Shown here piece after piece: positions 50,211 to 64,000 of a stretch of DNA of 64,000 nt. The stretch's first letter is position 1. Every line of letters starts with the position of its first letter. The notes under the pieces are model-generated. The model did no database searches. It was not told the DNA's origin and saw nothing but the letters and a program-made list of their open reading frames with translations. Where the stretch lies: the NCBI GenBank assembly GCA_028826165.1, contig JAPDFW010000044.1, forward strand, positions 124,001-188,000. The letters run 5' to 3'. This DNA comes from Anaeramoeba ignava BMAN. Lineage: Eukaryota; Protista; Anaeramoebae. A program made the position numbers and the translations under genes.

Positions 50211-53200
50211 ATGGAAGATTTCATTAAAAAATTAGAAGAATCTTGTCAAACATTTCAAGAACTAAATATTAAACCAGAAGAAAGAAAAGAAAACGAAGAG
50301 ATAATAAAAAACTATCTTCAAATGGAAACAAGAGGATTTGAAACATATGTTAATGTTCTTGCAGGAACTTCAAACGATATATTAATATTTTATACATTAC
50401 AAGCAATTCGGGAAAATTTTATTAATCAAAATATGGAATTTGCATTTGAAACAAAAACAGATTTAATTGACATTTTAATAATTTATTTGTTTGAAAATTT
50501 AAAGAAAATTTCCAAAAAAAATCAAGAACAAATTATTTGCATACTTTCAATGGTTGTCAAAAATATGTGGTTTGAGAATAGAAATTACAAGATGGTTTCT
50601 TACGATTCATTTATAAATGATGAACCAAATTCACTTATTAATACGAACCAACCAAATACAATTTTAAGAGAAGAATATTTTTTGCAAATTTCAAATTGTC
50701 TTAATTCAAATGATTTGGATTTAGTCCAACTTGGTATTTCAATGATAACTGGACTAATAAATGAATTTGCGCCTGTTGTTAATTCTCAAACTTCTTTCCT
50801 TCATTTCAAAAGGAATACCCAATTAAGAGAAAATTTCGAAACACAAAATTTGCTTGATTTTCTGAATATTTTTTTGGATTTCTATTTTTTTAAAATTGCA
50901 AATAATTTGTCTTCAAATTCACCAGAATTTGTAGCTTTATTTTTGAAATGCATTGATTTATTAATTCTTTTTGCTTCTTGGGGATTTATTGAAAAAGGTT
51001 TGTTTGAAAATTTAATTTTCAAAATTTCTCAAAATGAAAAAAAATTAAATTGAAAAATTCACACACTAAAAATTTTAGAACAAGAAATCCAATATTCAGA
51101 ACAACTCACAAACTTAAATTTGCTTGAAACCTTATATCAAACACAAATGAAATACTGCGAAAAAAATCAAGAAATAAGTCATCATATTTTTGAATATCTT
51201 TACACAATCATTCCAATGCCAAAAAAATTTTTCAATGAAGCAAAACAAGTTGATTTTGTGGGAAAAATTTTGATTTGGATATTTTCAATGATTGAATTTG
51301 AAACACAAGAATTCCCAGTTTCTTACAATGATATATCACTTATTTTAAGCAACTTAACACTAGAATATCGAGATTTGTTATTGTCACATCCATCCAAATT
51401 AGAACTCCCAGAATTGATATTTAGATTTTGCAAATTTACTTTATTTCTTCTTGAATCCAAAAACACATTGTCTGATCTTGATGTTTTCAATGATCCAATA
51501 GACCAATTGATTTTTGGATGGATAAATCTTATTCCAAATATTTCTCACAACAGTTGTGATGATCCAAAAACCAAAAAAATGGATCAAATTTTTGTTCAAT
51601 ATGTTCAACCTTTTATTTGCGTGATTTACAAAGCATTTATTAACAAAATTATTTTTCATAAAAATATCACAATCTATGGAAATAAATCAAGGAATTTTTT
51701 ATCGCCAGATAAATTCATCTGGGAAGTGGATCAACTTTTCACAAAAAATATGAAAAAATTCCAACAAAATTATGATCCTTTATTCATTTCACTTGAAGAT
51801 CAAACACCCAAAATTGGGAATTTTCTTTCGGAATTATTTGTTTCCATATCAATATTCGGAAGAATAATGATTAAGGAATCGCTTGATATTTTCAATACAA
51901 TCATTTCACAAATCACAAATTCGTGGGATAAAATATTTGAGAAGGATAAAAATCATCTGCAAAATATCAACATGCAAATTTTTTGGATATATAAATTTAT
52001 TGGACATCTTCTATTTGATTCAGGAGAAGGAGAAAAATGTGTGATTCCTGAAGAAATCCAGACATTGGATTATGACGATCCAAGTTTAATTAATTTGATT
52101 GAATTAACCCTTAACATTATCAATAAGGAAAACGATATTTTGCAGCATGAAATGGGGAAGGATCTGATTTACTCAGAAACTTCACAAATATTCGTTTGGT
52201 TTTTGGACAGATTTTGCAAAAATTATCTGATTATTGATGCTCCCGAAATGAAGAACAACCGTTCAATGCTATTCAAAATAGCGCATCAATTTGGACAAGA
52301 TTCAGAAACAGGCATTCAAATTGTGGAGTTTGTTTTCGGCAAAATATTTTTCAATCTCACATTCTTCCCCACAACTGCATATGAGGATCTGCACAGAGAA
52401 ACGCTATTATTTTTGCGTTCTCTTTCTTTCCACAAATTGTTATCTCAACTTTTAATATCCATTAATTCTTTCTATCAACTGATTGATCTTCAAAACTCTG
52501 GCAAGTTGATTCCAGCATTCTCGCACAAATTGTGCAAAATATTTTTTGAGTCGCTTTGCAGAATGGTTTCGACTCAACTCAATCTTTCAAGTTCTCCTGA
52601 TGAGGATGCTATTGTTGTTAATGGAAAAAGAGAAATCACTGAAAATGAAAAGGAATTTATGGAACAAGTCAAAAAAGTATTTGATTCTTTAATTGAATCA
52701 CTAATCAAATTGATTCCCGAAGTAGATTCACAAGTTGCTCAATTAAACAAACAAGAAATCAATCTATTGATAACTCAGTTGTTTTATTTTCTGCATTTAT
52801 TTCGTGGTTTGATTCAATCTGTCGCTTTTATTTCTCAATCAGATGCTATTTTTGACTTGTTCCAAGAAACTTTTGATCATCTTATCAATCTTATTTGTTC
52901 GTTTCCTTTGGATGATTCTCTTGTTAAGTTGTTCTTCAAGCTTCTGCGTGATTTGGTTGTTTATCAAGGATTGTTTTTATCAGAAAAAAATACTTTTTTG
53001 TTGGTTGTTTTTATTACAAAAGCTTTCCAAAGTTGTTTTATTCATTCTGACAACCAGAATATTTTCTTCACAAAAAAAAACAATTTGCATTTCCAAATCA
53101 TTTTGGAAATCTTAGTCGAGTTGATTTCACTTCCGCAAATCCAAGAATTGGAAGAAACTCAACCCGAAAATATGGAGCCAAATTTATCGCAACTTTTTCA

Positions 53201-53804
53201 AATAAGTTTTTCCATTCTTTCAACAGTTATTGATTTGGAATTCTCTCAAAATTTCACTGTGATTTCAAATTATTTCAATTTTATCCAGTTGATATTCCAA
53301 GAATATCCACAAATTATGATTCAATTCCCAATGAAGCTGCATAAATTTCTTTTGGATTCACTTCGATATGGAATTTCTATTTCTAACAATTTCATTTCCA
53401 CTATTTGTTATGAATGCATTGAAATTATTGAGGAAATCAGCAATCAAACTGAAAAAATTCAATCCATTTCATTTTCTCAAATCAAACACGATTATTTTTT
53501 TGAATTACTTTCTCTTGTTTTGAAAGAATTACTTTCTCAAAGTTTTTCTTATTCTTTATTTGATCAAATTTCTGATACTTTTTTTGTTATGGTTTCTTCT
53601 CATTTGAATCAATTCGAACTTGTTGTTCTTGAATATTTGAAATCAATTGAAACTGTTCAAAAAAGATCTGGTTATGAAAGTTTATTTTCTCATTTGATTT
53701 CTTTTGTTCGTTCTAATTTGGCTAATGGTTTAGAGAAAAGAGATGAATTTCGCAAGAAATTAATTGAATTTTTAGAATCTTTTAATGTTTTGAGATTGAA
53801 TTAA
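50211..53804 (+). CDS. XPO4: Exportin-4-like importin-beta family protein
   Basis: GHLLFDSGEGEKCVIPEEI, FVWFLDRFCKNYLIID and FGQDSE..IVEFVFGKIFFNL resemble XPO4 motifs. ATG 50211 follows TCATTTT motifs; intron 50998-51078. Confidence 0.78.
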
Positions 53805-53819
53805 ATTTCAGAAAAATTT

Positions 53820-54800
53820 TTTACAATCTTTTTAAAATTTTGGATAAATAAATAATAAAAAGAGAATAAGAAAATTATTCATAAAAACGTTTCTATTTAA
53901 AAATTATTATATTTTTATAAATAAATTTTAATTTCAATTTTAATATAAATTTAATTTAAAAATTTAATTAATCTTTTTAAAATTTTGGATAAATAAATAA
54001 TAAAAAGAGAATAAGAAAATTACTCATAAAAACGTTTTTATTTAAAAATTATTTTATTTTTATAAATAAATTTTAATTTCAATTTTATTATAAATTTAAT
54101 TTAAAAAATTAATTAATCATTTTAAAATTTTGGATAAATAAATAATAAAAAGAGAATAAGAAAATTATTCATAGAAACGTTTTTATTTAAAAATTATTTT
54201 ATTTTTATAAATAAATTTTAATTTCAATTTTAATATAAATTTAATTCAAAAATTAATTAATTTTTTTAAAATTTTGAATAAATAAATAATAAAAAGAGAA
54301 TAAGAAAATTATTCATAGAAACGTTTTTATTTAAAAATTATTTTATTTTTATAAATAAATTTTAATTTCAATTTTAATATAAATTTAATTAAAAATTAAT
54401 TAATTTTTTTAAAATTTTGAATAAATAAATAATAAAAAGAGAATAAGAAAATTATTCATAAAAACGTTTTTATTTAAAAATTATTATATTTTTATAAATA
54501 AATTTTAATTTCAATTTTATATAAATTTAATTAAAAATTTATTAATTTTAAAATTTTGAATAAATAAATAATAAAAAGAGAATAAGAAAATTACTCATAA
54601 AAACGTTTTTATTTAAAAATTATTTTATTTTTGTAAATAAATTTAATTTCAATTTTAATATAAATTTAATTAAAAAATTAATTAATTTTTTTAAAATTTT
54701 GAATAAATAAATAATAAAAAGAGAATAAGAAAATTATTCATAAAAACGTTTTTATTTAAAAATTATTATATTTTTATAAATAAATTTTAATTTCAATTTT
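53820..54800. repeat. ~143-bp tandem repeat, 7 copies
   Basis: AAAAAGAGAATAAGAAAATTA..CATAAAAACGTTT recurs at ~53856,54002,54146,54291,54434,54574,54716. Confidence 0.92.
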
Positions 54801-54916
54801 TTTATTTTTTTCATTTTTTTCATTTCCTTTTTATTTTAGTTGAATTTAAATAACAAAAATAATTTATTTTTTTTTAAATTGATTAAAATAATAAAACAAT
54901 AAAAGAATAAAACAAA

Positions 54917-57900
54917 ATGGATGAAAAACAAAGTTTATTAACAAATCCAGAAAAAAAAGAAACAAAAACTCAACCAAAATCATTTTCAGGATTAACTGGA
55001 TGTAAAATAAATAAATGAACAAAAAAAAAATAATAAAAATAATCATCAATTCAAAACAAAAATATCAAAAATTCCTTTTAAATTTTTAATTTACTTTTTT
55101 TTCATTTATTTTCTTTTGATTTTTTAAATTTTTCTTTATTCAAAATTTAGATGCTTATACAATTGTAAAAAAATTTTTTTAATTTTAAAAATTCACAACT
55201 CGAAAAATTTTTCAATCAAAAATCCAAATTCGAAATTAAAACAAAATCAAAATTAAAATTAAAATTCATTTAAAATCAAAATTCATTTAAAATTAAAATT
55301 AAAATTCATTTATAAAATTAAAATTAAAATTAAAATTCATTTATAAAATTAAAATTAAAATTAAAATTAAAATTAAAATTAAAATTAAAATTAAAATTAA
55401 AATTAAAATTAAAATTAAAATTAAAATTAAAATTAAAATTAAAATTAAAATTAAAATTAAAATTAAAATTAAAATTAAAATTAAAATTAAAATTAAAATT
55501 AAAATTAAAATTAAAATTAAAATTAAAATTAAAATTAAAATTAAAATTAAAATTAAAATTAAAATTAAAATTAAAATTAAAATTAAAATTAAAATTAAAA
55601 TTAAAATTAAAATTCATTTTGAATTTAATATTAAAATTAAAATTAAAATTCATTTATAAAATTAAAATTAAAATTAAAATTAAAATTAAAATTAAAATTA
55701 AAATTCATTTTGAATTTAATATTGAAATTAAAATTAAAATTCATTTTGAATTTAATATTAAAATTAAAATTAAAATTCATTTTGAATTTAATATTAAAAT
55801 TAAAATTAAAATTCATTTTGAATTTAATATTAAAATTGAAATTAAAATTCATTTATAAAATTCATTTATAAAATTCAAATTAAAATTAAAATTCATTTAT
55901 AAAATTAAAATTAAAATTCATTTATAAAATCAAAATTCATTTATAAAATTAAAATTAAAATTAAAATTAAAATTAAAATTAAAATTAAAATTAAAATTAA
56001 AATTAAAATTCATTTTGAATTTAATATTAAAATTAAAATCAAAATTAAAATTAAAATTAAAATTAAAATTAAAATTCATTTTGAATTTAATATTAAAATT
56101 AAAATTAAAATCAAAATTCATTTATAAAATTAAAATTCAAATTAAAATTAAAATTCATTTATAAAATTAAAATTAAAATTCATTTATAAAATTAAAATTA
56201 AAATTAGAATTATATTCTTGGAGTTGGAGTTCTTGGAATTCCATATGCATTTTCCCAAGCAGGAGTTCTTATATCATCAATATTCTTATTAATTGTATCA
56301 ATATTTAGTGCATTTACTATGATGTTTCTTATTGAAACCGAAGCAAGAGCAGAAGGAATAATTTCTTTTAAAGAAAAACAAAATTTAGAAAAAGAAAAAG
56401 AATTGACAGAAACTGATTCTGAAGATGATCAGAGTGATTCCTTAGAAAACAACCAACAAAAGGATCAATCTCCGCATCAATCAAACAAAGAAGATGATCA
56501 CAAAAAAGATTCCATTTCTTCTGATGTCAATCTTAATTCTCAAAATCAAAATAATCAAAATCAAAAATCCTCAAATTCAAAAAATTCGGATCAAAATTCT
56601 TCACTTAATAAAACTTCAAACGGCAACAATTCAAATTCAAACTTGAACGAAAACGATGTTGGCATTTCAAACATTTCTTCAGATCATGAACAAATCGATG
56701 AAAAAATGAATGATCCTTCGATCTTTACAATCAAAGATCGGAAATTCGAAATTAACGAACTATCTCAAATTTTTTTAGGAAAGCATGGCAAAAGATTTTG
56801 GACAATCGCAGTTCTTTGTTATGAATATGGGGCTCTTTGGTCGTAACTATTCAAATAAATGATATAAAAAAAGAAAAAACAATTTAGAAAAAAAATTTTT
56901 TTCAAAACAAAAAAAAAACTTCGAAAAAAAAAATCTTTACTTTTGATCAACAAAAAATTTACAAATAAAAATTCTAGTTATGCAGCTGTATTTGCCTCCT
57001 CATTAACATCATTATTTCCTTTGCATTTCCTTACACATGGAGGGTCATGGTAAGTTATAATTCTTATAAAAATTTTTTTTGAAGAAAACAACAAGTAAAA
57101 TTTTATTGCTCAAAAAATATCATTTTTTGGCAGTGATGTTGACGGAGATTTCTCATCAGGATGCAAGCACACATATCAGTTCTACATGGCTATCTACTTC
57201 TTGATTATGGTACCTATGTCCTGTCGGGATCTGACGGAGCAAAAAATTGTACAGTTAGCACTCTGCATATTTCGTTTTTTTTCATTATTTTTGATTATTT
57301 TAACAACAATAATCAGCATGTATACAACAAAACAAGATTCGACTATTGGCTCTAATCCGCCTTATATAGGGTCGAAAAAACTATTTGATGTGCACGGACT
57401 TGGAACAATATTTACGACTGCTGTTTTTGCTCAAATTGTTCATCACAGTTCAACAATCATTGCAGAGCCTATTAAGAACAAATATAATCTGCGCAAGGTT
57501 TATAACTTTGCCTTTCTTTCTACTTTTTCTTTTTATACTTTAGTTGGTGTTATTTGTGCTGTTTATTTTGGTTCAAAAACTAAATCTGTTATTACTTTGA
57601 ATTGGATTCATTTAAAATATTTAACTAGTTCTCCTTGGTTTTATGAAATTATTAAATATTTTATTGTTATGTTTCCTGTTTTAGATGTTCTTTCTGCTTT
57701 TCCTCTTGTAGCTTATTAAAATTAAAATTCATTTACAAATTAAAATTCATTTACAAATTAAAATTCATTTACAAATTAAAATTCATTTATAAAATTAAAT
57801 TAAAATTAAAATTAAAATTAAAATTAAAATTAAAATTAAAATTAAAATTTAAAATTAAAATTAAAATTCATTTAAAAAATTAAAATTAAAATTATAATTA

Positions 57901-58821
57901 AATTTAAATTAAAATTAAAATCAAAATTAAAATTAAAATTAAAATTAAAATTAAAATTAAAATTAAAATTAAAATTAAAATTAAAATTAAAATTAAAATT
58001 AAAATTAAAATTAAAATTAAAATTAAAATTAAAATTAAAATTAAAATTAAAATTAAAATTAAAATTAAAATTAAAATTAAAATTAAAATTAAAATTAAAA
58101 TTAAAATTAAAATTATAATTCATTTATAAAATTTAAATCAAAATCAAAATTAAAATTAATATTAAAATTAAAATTAAAATTAAAATTAAAATCAAAATTA
58201 AAATTAAAATTAAAATTAAAATTAAAATTAAAATTATAATTTATTTATAAAATTAAAATTAAGAATGCAATTACATTAAGTAACAATATGTATTATGCAC
58301 TTTTTCCAGTTCAAAAACAAGAAGAAACAAATCAACAAATCAATACATCACAAGCAGAAATGATGTCAGAAACTGAACCAATATTAGTTCCATCAAGTCC
58401 TGATCAAAACGAATCTAACGAAGTAAAAATCGAAATAGAAAAAGAAGAAGTACCAATTATTGAAAAAGAAGAGATAAAAATAGTATCAATAACAAGTAAA
58501 ATGGAAGAAAAGAAAATCAAAAAAAGAAAAATATTATTTCGACTTTTGGCTTCAATTCCTCCAATTATTGGAGCCCTTTTTGTTAGGAGTTTACCTGATA
58601 TTATTCTTGTTAATGGTTTATTTGGTTGTTTTATTTCTTATATTATTCCTGCTCTTCTTCAATATCGTTCAATCAAAATTGCTAATAATGTTTTTGGTCA
58701 TCATAAAACTCCTTATACAAGTTTTTTTAGTGGGAAAATTTCTATTATTTCAAGTGGTATTTTTGGTTTAATTGCTCTTGTTGGTACTTTCGTTATTACT
58801 ATAATCAATATGGCTAAATAA
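54917..58821 (+). CDS. TMEM104-like (SLC38/AAAP family) amino-acid transporter
   Basis: Spliced FSGLTGYAYTINYILGVGVLGIPYAF, RKFEINELSQIFLG..YEYGALWSYAAVF, FAQIVHHS, FPVLDVLSAFPL|NAITLSNN; includes a 14-nt exon at 55151-55164. Confidence 0.88.
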
Positions 58822-58914
58822 ATCTTTGTTTTTTTTTTGATTTCTTTTTTTAAAATAAAAGAAAATTTAAATCATTTTGTTTTATTTTTTTTTTTTGGAT
58901 TTTGAAAAAAGAAT

Positions 58915-59335
58915 TGATATTTAAATTGATTTTTAAATTGATATTTAAATTAATATTTAAATTAATATTTAAATTAATATTTAAATTAATATTTTAATTA
59001 ATATTTAAATTGATATTTAAATTGATATTTAAATTAATATTTAAATTGATATTTAATTGATATTTAAATTAATATTTAAATTAATTTTTAAATTAATATT
59101 TTAATTAATATTTTAAATTAATATTTAAATTGATATTTAAATTGATATTTTAATTAATATTTAAATTAATATTTAAATTGATATTTAAATTGATATTTAA
59201 ATTAATATTTAAATTAATATTTAAATTGATATTTTAAATTAATATTTGAATTAATATTTAAATTGATATTTAAATTAATATTTTAATTGATATTTAATTA
59301 ATATTTAAATTGATATTTAAATTAATATTTAAATT
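58915..59335. repeat. 12-bp TTAAATT[A/G]ATAT tandem repeat
   Basis: Visible in the convergent intergenic spacer. Confidence 0.9.
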
Positions 59336-59433
59336 GTTTTCTAATTTCATTTCTAAATGTTTGTTTTCTAATTTAATTTCTAAATGTTTGTTTTCTAATT
59401 TAATTTCTAATTATTTGTTTTCTAATTTAATTT

Positions 59434-62400
59434 CTAATTGTTTGAATTTGGTGTAAAAACTTTAACTAAATTTTGTTGATTAAATTGCATTGGAAATAAG
59501 AAACTCATTTCATTTGAATCGTTGTTCGAATCTTGATTCTGATTCTGATTTGGATTTGGATTTGGAGTTGGAGTTGGAGTTGAATTTTGATTTTGAGTTG
59601 GATTTTGAGTTTTGAGTTTGAGTTTGAGTTGTAATTGAATTTTCTTTAACAAGATCAACATAACGAGATCTTGCATCTCTCCCAATTCCAAAACCAGAAA
59701 AAGGAGCTGAAATAGAAGGAGGTTTTGATATTGGTGGTGTTGAAATAGAAGGAGGTTTTGATATTGTTGGTGTTGAAATTGTTTCAGTTGATTTTTCAGT
59801 TGGTTTTTCACTTGATTTTTCAGTTGGTTTTTCTTCTTTTTTTTCTCCTGGAAGAACCCATTGTTTTAAATCTTTATCATAATAATATTTGTTCAATTCT
59901 CCTAAATCAGCTTTTTTTTTCCTTTTTTTTTGCTAAATATATTTTTTGTATATCCCCAAATTTCTCCAATAAATGATTTTTTTGATGAATTCTGTAAAGA
60001 TTCATTTTTTGGTTCTTGTTTTTTTTTGTCTTTTTCTTGTGCTTTTGCTGCATTTTTTGTGAATTGTTGAATATTTTCATCAAATTTATCTTGTTCATTT
60101 TTAGATTCATCATCAAGATCAACATCATCATAAAATCCCATTCCTGTAGTTGGTTGTGTTGGTTGTCGTTGTAATTGAGATTGTGATTCTGTTTGTTTTG
60201 ATTCCAAATTTTCTTTTGGTTCAATTGCAAGATCTGTGAATTCTGTGTTAAAATTGTTGTCAGGAAATGGATTAAAATTACCAATAGTGTTTTCCATAAG
60301 GATTTAGATTAGGATTTAGATTAGGATTTAGATTAGGATTTAAATTAGGATTTAGATTTGGATTTAGATTAGAATTTAGATTTGGTTGATTTGAATAAAA
60401 ATTATTCGGAATGGTTTCATTCTGAAAATTGTTTTTGCTATTTTCAATTTCCTCTTTTTGATAGTTTAAATTCTGAGGTTGATATTCATAATTGGATTGG
60501 GTTTTTGGTTTTTGTTTATTTTCAGTTTTTGAATTAATATTTGTTAGCCATACTGTTGTTGAATCAAAGACCTTCGCAAGTGTCTTAAAAATAGTAGAGC
60601 TATTTGAAGATTCTTGAATTCCCAAAACAGATCTTATTCGACTATCTAAATCTTGCAGAGTTGAAGTGAAAAAAGTATCTAAAAATTGTTTCTGAGCTCG
60701 AGAAACAGAACGAAGATATTGAATTAAGCTTTCACAATATTTTAGAGCTTTTGATAGCATTCCCATATCAATTAAATCGTAGCAATAAACCAATTGAAAA
60801 GGGAAAAAATGGGGTAATAAAAATTGTGAATTTGATAAACGTTTTGCATACTCGTAAATTTCTGTCATTTGGATTGATTCTGGATTAATAAAAGTTCTCA
60901 AGTTCGTTCTGTGATCTGATCCAATAAGCACATATTTGGATTGAGGATTGCTTAGTGCCTTTGGAGGTATATCCGAAAGAAGATAACAAATATGTGCTGG
61001 TTTAACATGTCGGAATTTTGTGAGTAATAAATCCCCAATTTTTTCCACTGAGTTTTGATATGGATAGCTCACATTTGAAAATAGAATTCCCACAGATTCT
61101 CTCCATTTTGATAAAATTTTACTTGCAATTTCAGAGTTTTGATCATTATTTGGGTAATAATTTGGATATTTTTCATCGTTATAATCGAAAATTAACTGTT
61201 CAAACTCTTTTCGATCTTGAAATTGTTTTTCTTTTTCTTGTTCGTTTTTTTGTTTTTGGAAAATATAATAATTTTGTGTTGGTGCATTAAGAATATCATC
61301 AAGATATCCTGAATAAGATAAATAAAGGCATTGAAGAGGTGATCCATTAACAAAATTTTTTTGGGCATATTCTTTGATCACATTATCATAAGTTTCTTTA
61401 TCACATCTTCCTGCAATTATAAATGCATGTTCCCATAATTTATAAGAAACACTCAATTCAAGTGCTTGTTTTTGGTTTCCGTGCATCAAATGATTTTGTA
61501 TCTGCAATGTTACTTCTTCCAATTTTTTGCTATCAAATTTGTCTTGTTCTTGATTTATCGATTTTTTGATTAATTCAGAATGTTTGTTTTCATTGTATAT
61601 AGATTTATCTTCAGTAAATTCTTGATTCCATTCTTCTTCTTGATTTGGAATCAAATATTTTGCAAATGCTTTTTCTGGGATTTTCTGGTCATTTTCATTT
61701 TCTTTTTTCCTTTGTCCTGATTTAACAATTCCTTTGAATTTTATCAATACTTTCAACATTTTCCAAAGTAATTTTGTGTTTTCCTTTTCTGAAATATCTT
61801 CTTGTTGTTTAATTTGATTATGAGTAAAAGCTTTATCAAAATCTTCATCTTCATCATCGATTTTTAAATTAAAAAATTCTCTAATATCTTCTTTTGATGG
61901 TTTTGAATAAATTAAAGGTCCTGGAAATTTTTCAAATCCTTGAATAATTCTTTTTGGTAAATGATCCTTAAGGCTTGTAATTGTAATGCTTTTTGTTTTT
62001 GTGTATTCAAATTTTTGGTTTGTTTCTTTTTCATATTTATTCAAATGAATCTTCTTTTTTGGGATTAAAGTGATTATTTTTCCAGGAAAACCAAAATTTA
62101 CAATCGGATGTTGTTTTGGATAAAAAAGTGATTTTGGATCAATTGTTTCTGTTGGTTGTTGTTTATATGATTCTGTGAAATGTGTTGGAGATTCTAAAAT
62201 TAAATATTAAAAATATAATTAAAATATTAAATATAAAAATTAAATATTTAAAATGAAATATAAATATTAAATATTTAAAATGAAATATAAATATTAAAAA
62301 TGAAATATAAATATTAAATATTTAAAATGAAATATAAATATTAAATATTTAAAATGAAATATAAAAATTAAATATTTAAAATGAAATATAAATATTAAAA

Positions 62401-63877
62401 ATATAATTAAAATATTAAATATAAAAATTAAATATTTAAAATGAGTTGAAATCAACTAACCTGTCATTGAATTTTGAGAATATAAGTTACTATTTCCAAC
62501 ATTTTGATAACCTTGATATTGTTGATTAAATTGTGAATATCCATAAAAGGGCATTTTATCTGGGGATTCTCCAAAAATACTCACATCTTCAAAACTATTA
62601 CTTTCAAAATTATTATCATTATGATGATAATTTATTGGTTGCCCATGAGTCACATTGTTTGGAGTGAAATCAATTACTTTAGGACTTAATGTAGTACTTG
62701 TTGTTGGAACAGTTGAAAATATTGTAGGTGTAAATTGTTGTTCTGTTTTCAATTCATATGGATTAAATTCCCATTCAATATTATCTTCATTATTATCTTC
62801 ATTATTATCTTCATTATTATCTTCATTATTATCTTCATCAGCAAAATCTGGGAATGCATTGTCTGTATTATCAAAATCTGTTGTAAAATTATTATCCATA
62901 TCATGAACAGGAAATAAAAGGTTTGAGTAATCTTGAGAAATATTACCAAACTGTGAAGATAAATCATCTAAAGGTGGATTTTCTAATTGATTTTCTAATT
63001 GATTTTCACTTTCATTTTGATTTTGATTTTGATTTTGATTTTGATTTTGATTTTGATTTTTATTTTGATTTTGATTTTGATTTTGATTTTGATTTTGATT
63101 TTCATTTTGATTTTGATTTTGATTTTGATTTTGATTTTGATTTTGATTTTGATTTTGATTTTGATTTTGATTTTGATTTTGATTTTGATTTTGTAAATAT
63201 TCATTATTATCATAATAGTTGAATAAATCTTGATCATCATTCTCAAATGTATCAAAATTATTTATAACTGTTTGTTGTTCATTTTGTTTATCATCAAAGT
63301 CATTATTAAAGTCATTATTAAAGTTTTGTTGTTTATTTCCTTTATCATCAAAGTCATTGTTAAAGTCATTTCCAAATTCATTTCCAAATTCATTTTGTTT
63401 ATTATCAAAGTCATTGTTAAAGTCTTGTTGTTCATTTTGTTTATCATCAAAGTCATTGTTAAAGTCATTTCCAAATTCATTTCCAAATTCATTTTGTTTA
63501 TCATCAAAGTCATTGTTAAAGTTTTGTTGTTCATTTTGTTTATTATCAAAGTCATTTCCAAATTCATTTCCAAATTCATTTTGTTTATCATCAAAGTCGT
63601 TATCAAAGTCATTATTAAAGTCATTATTAAAGTCATTTCCTTTATCATCAAAGTTATTGTCAAATTCATTTCCAAATTCATTTTGTTTATTATCAAAATC
63701 ATTTCCAAATGGATTAAAATCATTTGAATCATTTTTAACAGAAATTTCAAATAAATTTTCCATTGTATCATCAACTTTTTGAGAATCTTCTTGTATAGGA
63801 TTTGAATCAACATTTTCTGTTAAAGGAACATCAACAATTTGTGAATCAATTTTATCTTTTGAAATAGATTTTTGCAT
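59434..63877 (-). CDS. SEC16: COPII scaffold protein Sec16
   Basis: HPIVNFGFPGK, FPGPL, LMHGNQKQALELSVSYKLWEHAFIIA, YVLIGSDH, QMTEIYEYAK, ADLGELNKYYYDKDLKQWV, ARSRYVD. Intron 62194-62460; apparent 1-nt indels near 60298, 59915 and 59610. Confidence 0.88.
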
Positions 63878-64000
63878 AATTTCTAATTTAAAAAAAAAAT
63901 AAAAAATGAAAAAAATGAAAAAAGAAAAAAATTTATTTTTTAAAAGAAAAAAATTTATTTTTTAAAAGAAAAAAATGAAAAAAAAAACGTGTTTTAAAAT

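Noticed and set aside
2960-60300. Frameshifts at ~2965, 9080, 14880, 15915, 59610, 59915, 60298 as programmed frameshifting or pseudogenisation
   Set aside because: Nearly all are 1-nt indels in homopolymers or repeats, including in the essential gene Sec16. Long-read consensus error is the simplest explanation.
60299-60380. Telomere-like TTAGG repeats
   Set aside because: Antisense of the coding (NPNL)n repeat in Sec16
34508-63877. Inteins in the conserved genes
   Set aside because: No large in-frame insertion with Cys...His-Asn termini is seen in DDB1, PSMA3, PAK, XPO4 or Sec16
1-64000. Alternative genetic code, tRNA/rRNA genes or transposons
   Set aside because: Conserved genes end at TAA/TAG/TGA as expected with no in-frame stops after splicing and indel correction. 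No structured-RNA, transposase or terminal-repeat signature was recognised.

Overview
Extremely AT-rich, intron-dense, gene-dense eukaryotic (protist) DNA using the standard genetic code. The BTB-adaptor genes and Trichomonas-like TCATTTT initiator motifs suggest an Anaeramoeba-like metamonad; that is inference, not proven. Scattered 1-nt homopolymer indels look like long-read errors. Left half, an accessory or recognition-like block: an ankyrin-BTB gene, a bZIP, an RCC1-BTB, a PHO80/U-type cyclin, two tandem PARP-like ADP-ribosyltransferase genes (one with CCCH fingers), and a 17.7-kb minus-strand array of five armadillo-repeat paralogues in which each repeat is its own 132-nt phase-1 exon. 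Right half, housekeeping genes: DDB1, proteasome alpha7, a PAK kinase, a coiled-coil protein, exportin-4, a TMEM104-like transporter and Sec16. Top findings: (1) the ankyrin gene has nine single-codon (3-nt) microexons plus 6- and 15-nt exons among 21 phase-0 introns, placed at the variable beta-hairpin residues of the repeats; (2) the exon-per-repeat ARM array has a hypervariable helix 3 and ongoing exon duplication and decay; (3) DDB1 has a 1,566-nt AT-AC (U12-type) intron; (4) the duplicated ART domains differ mainly in loops around the active site. All exon structures were read by eye and need RNA-seq confirmation.
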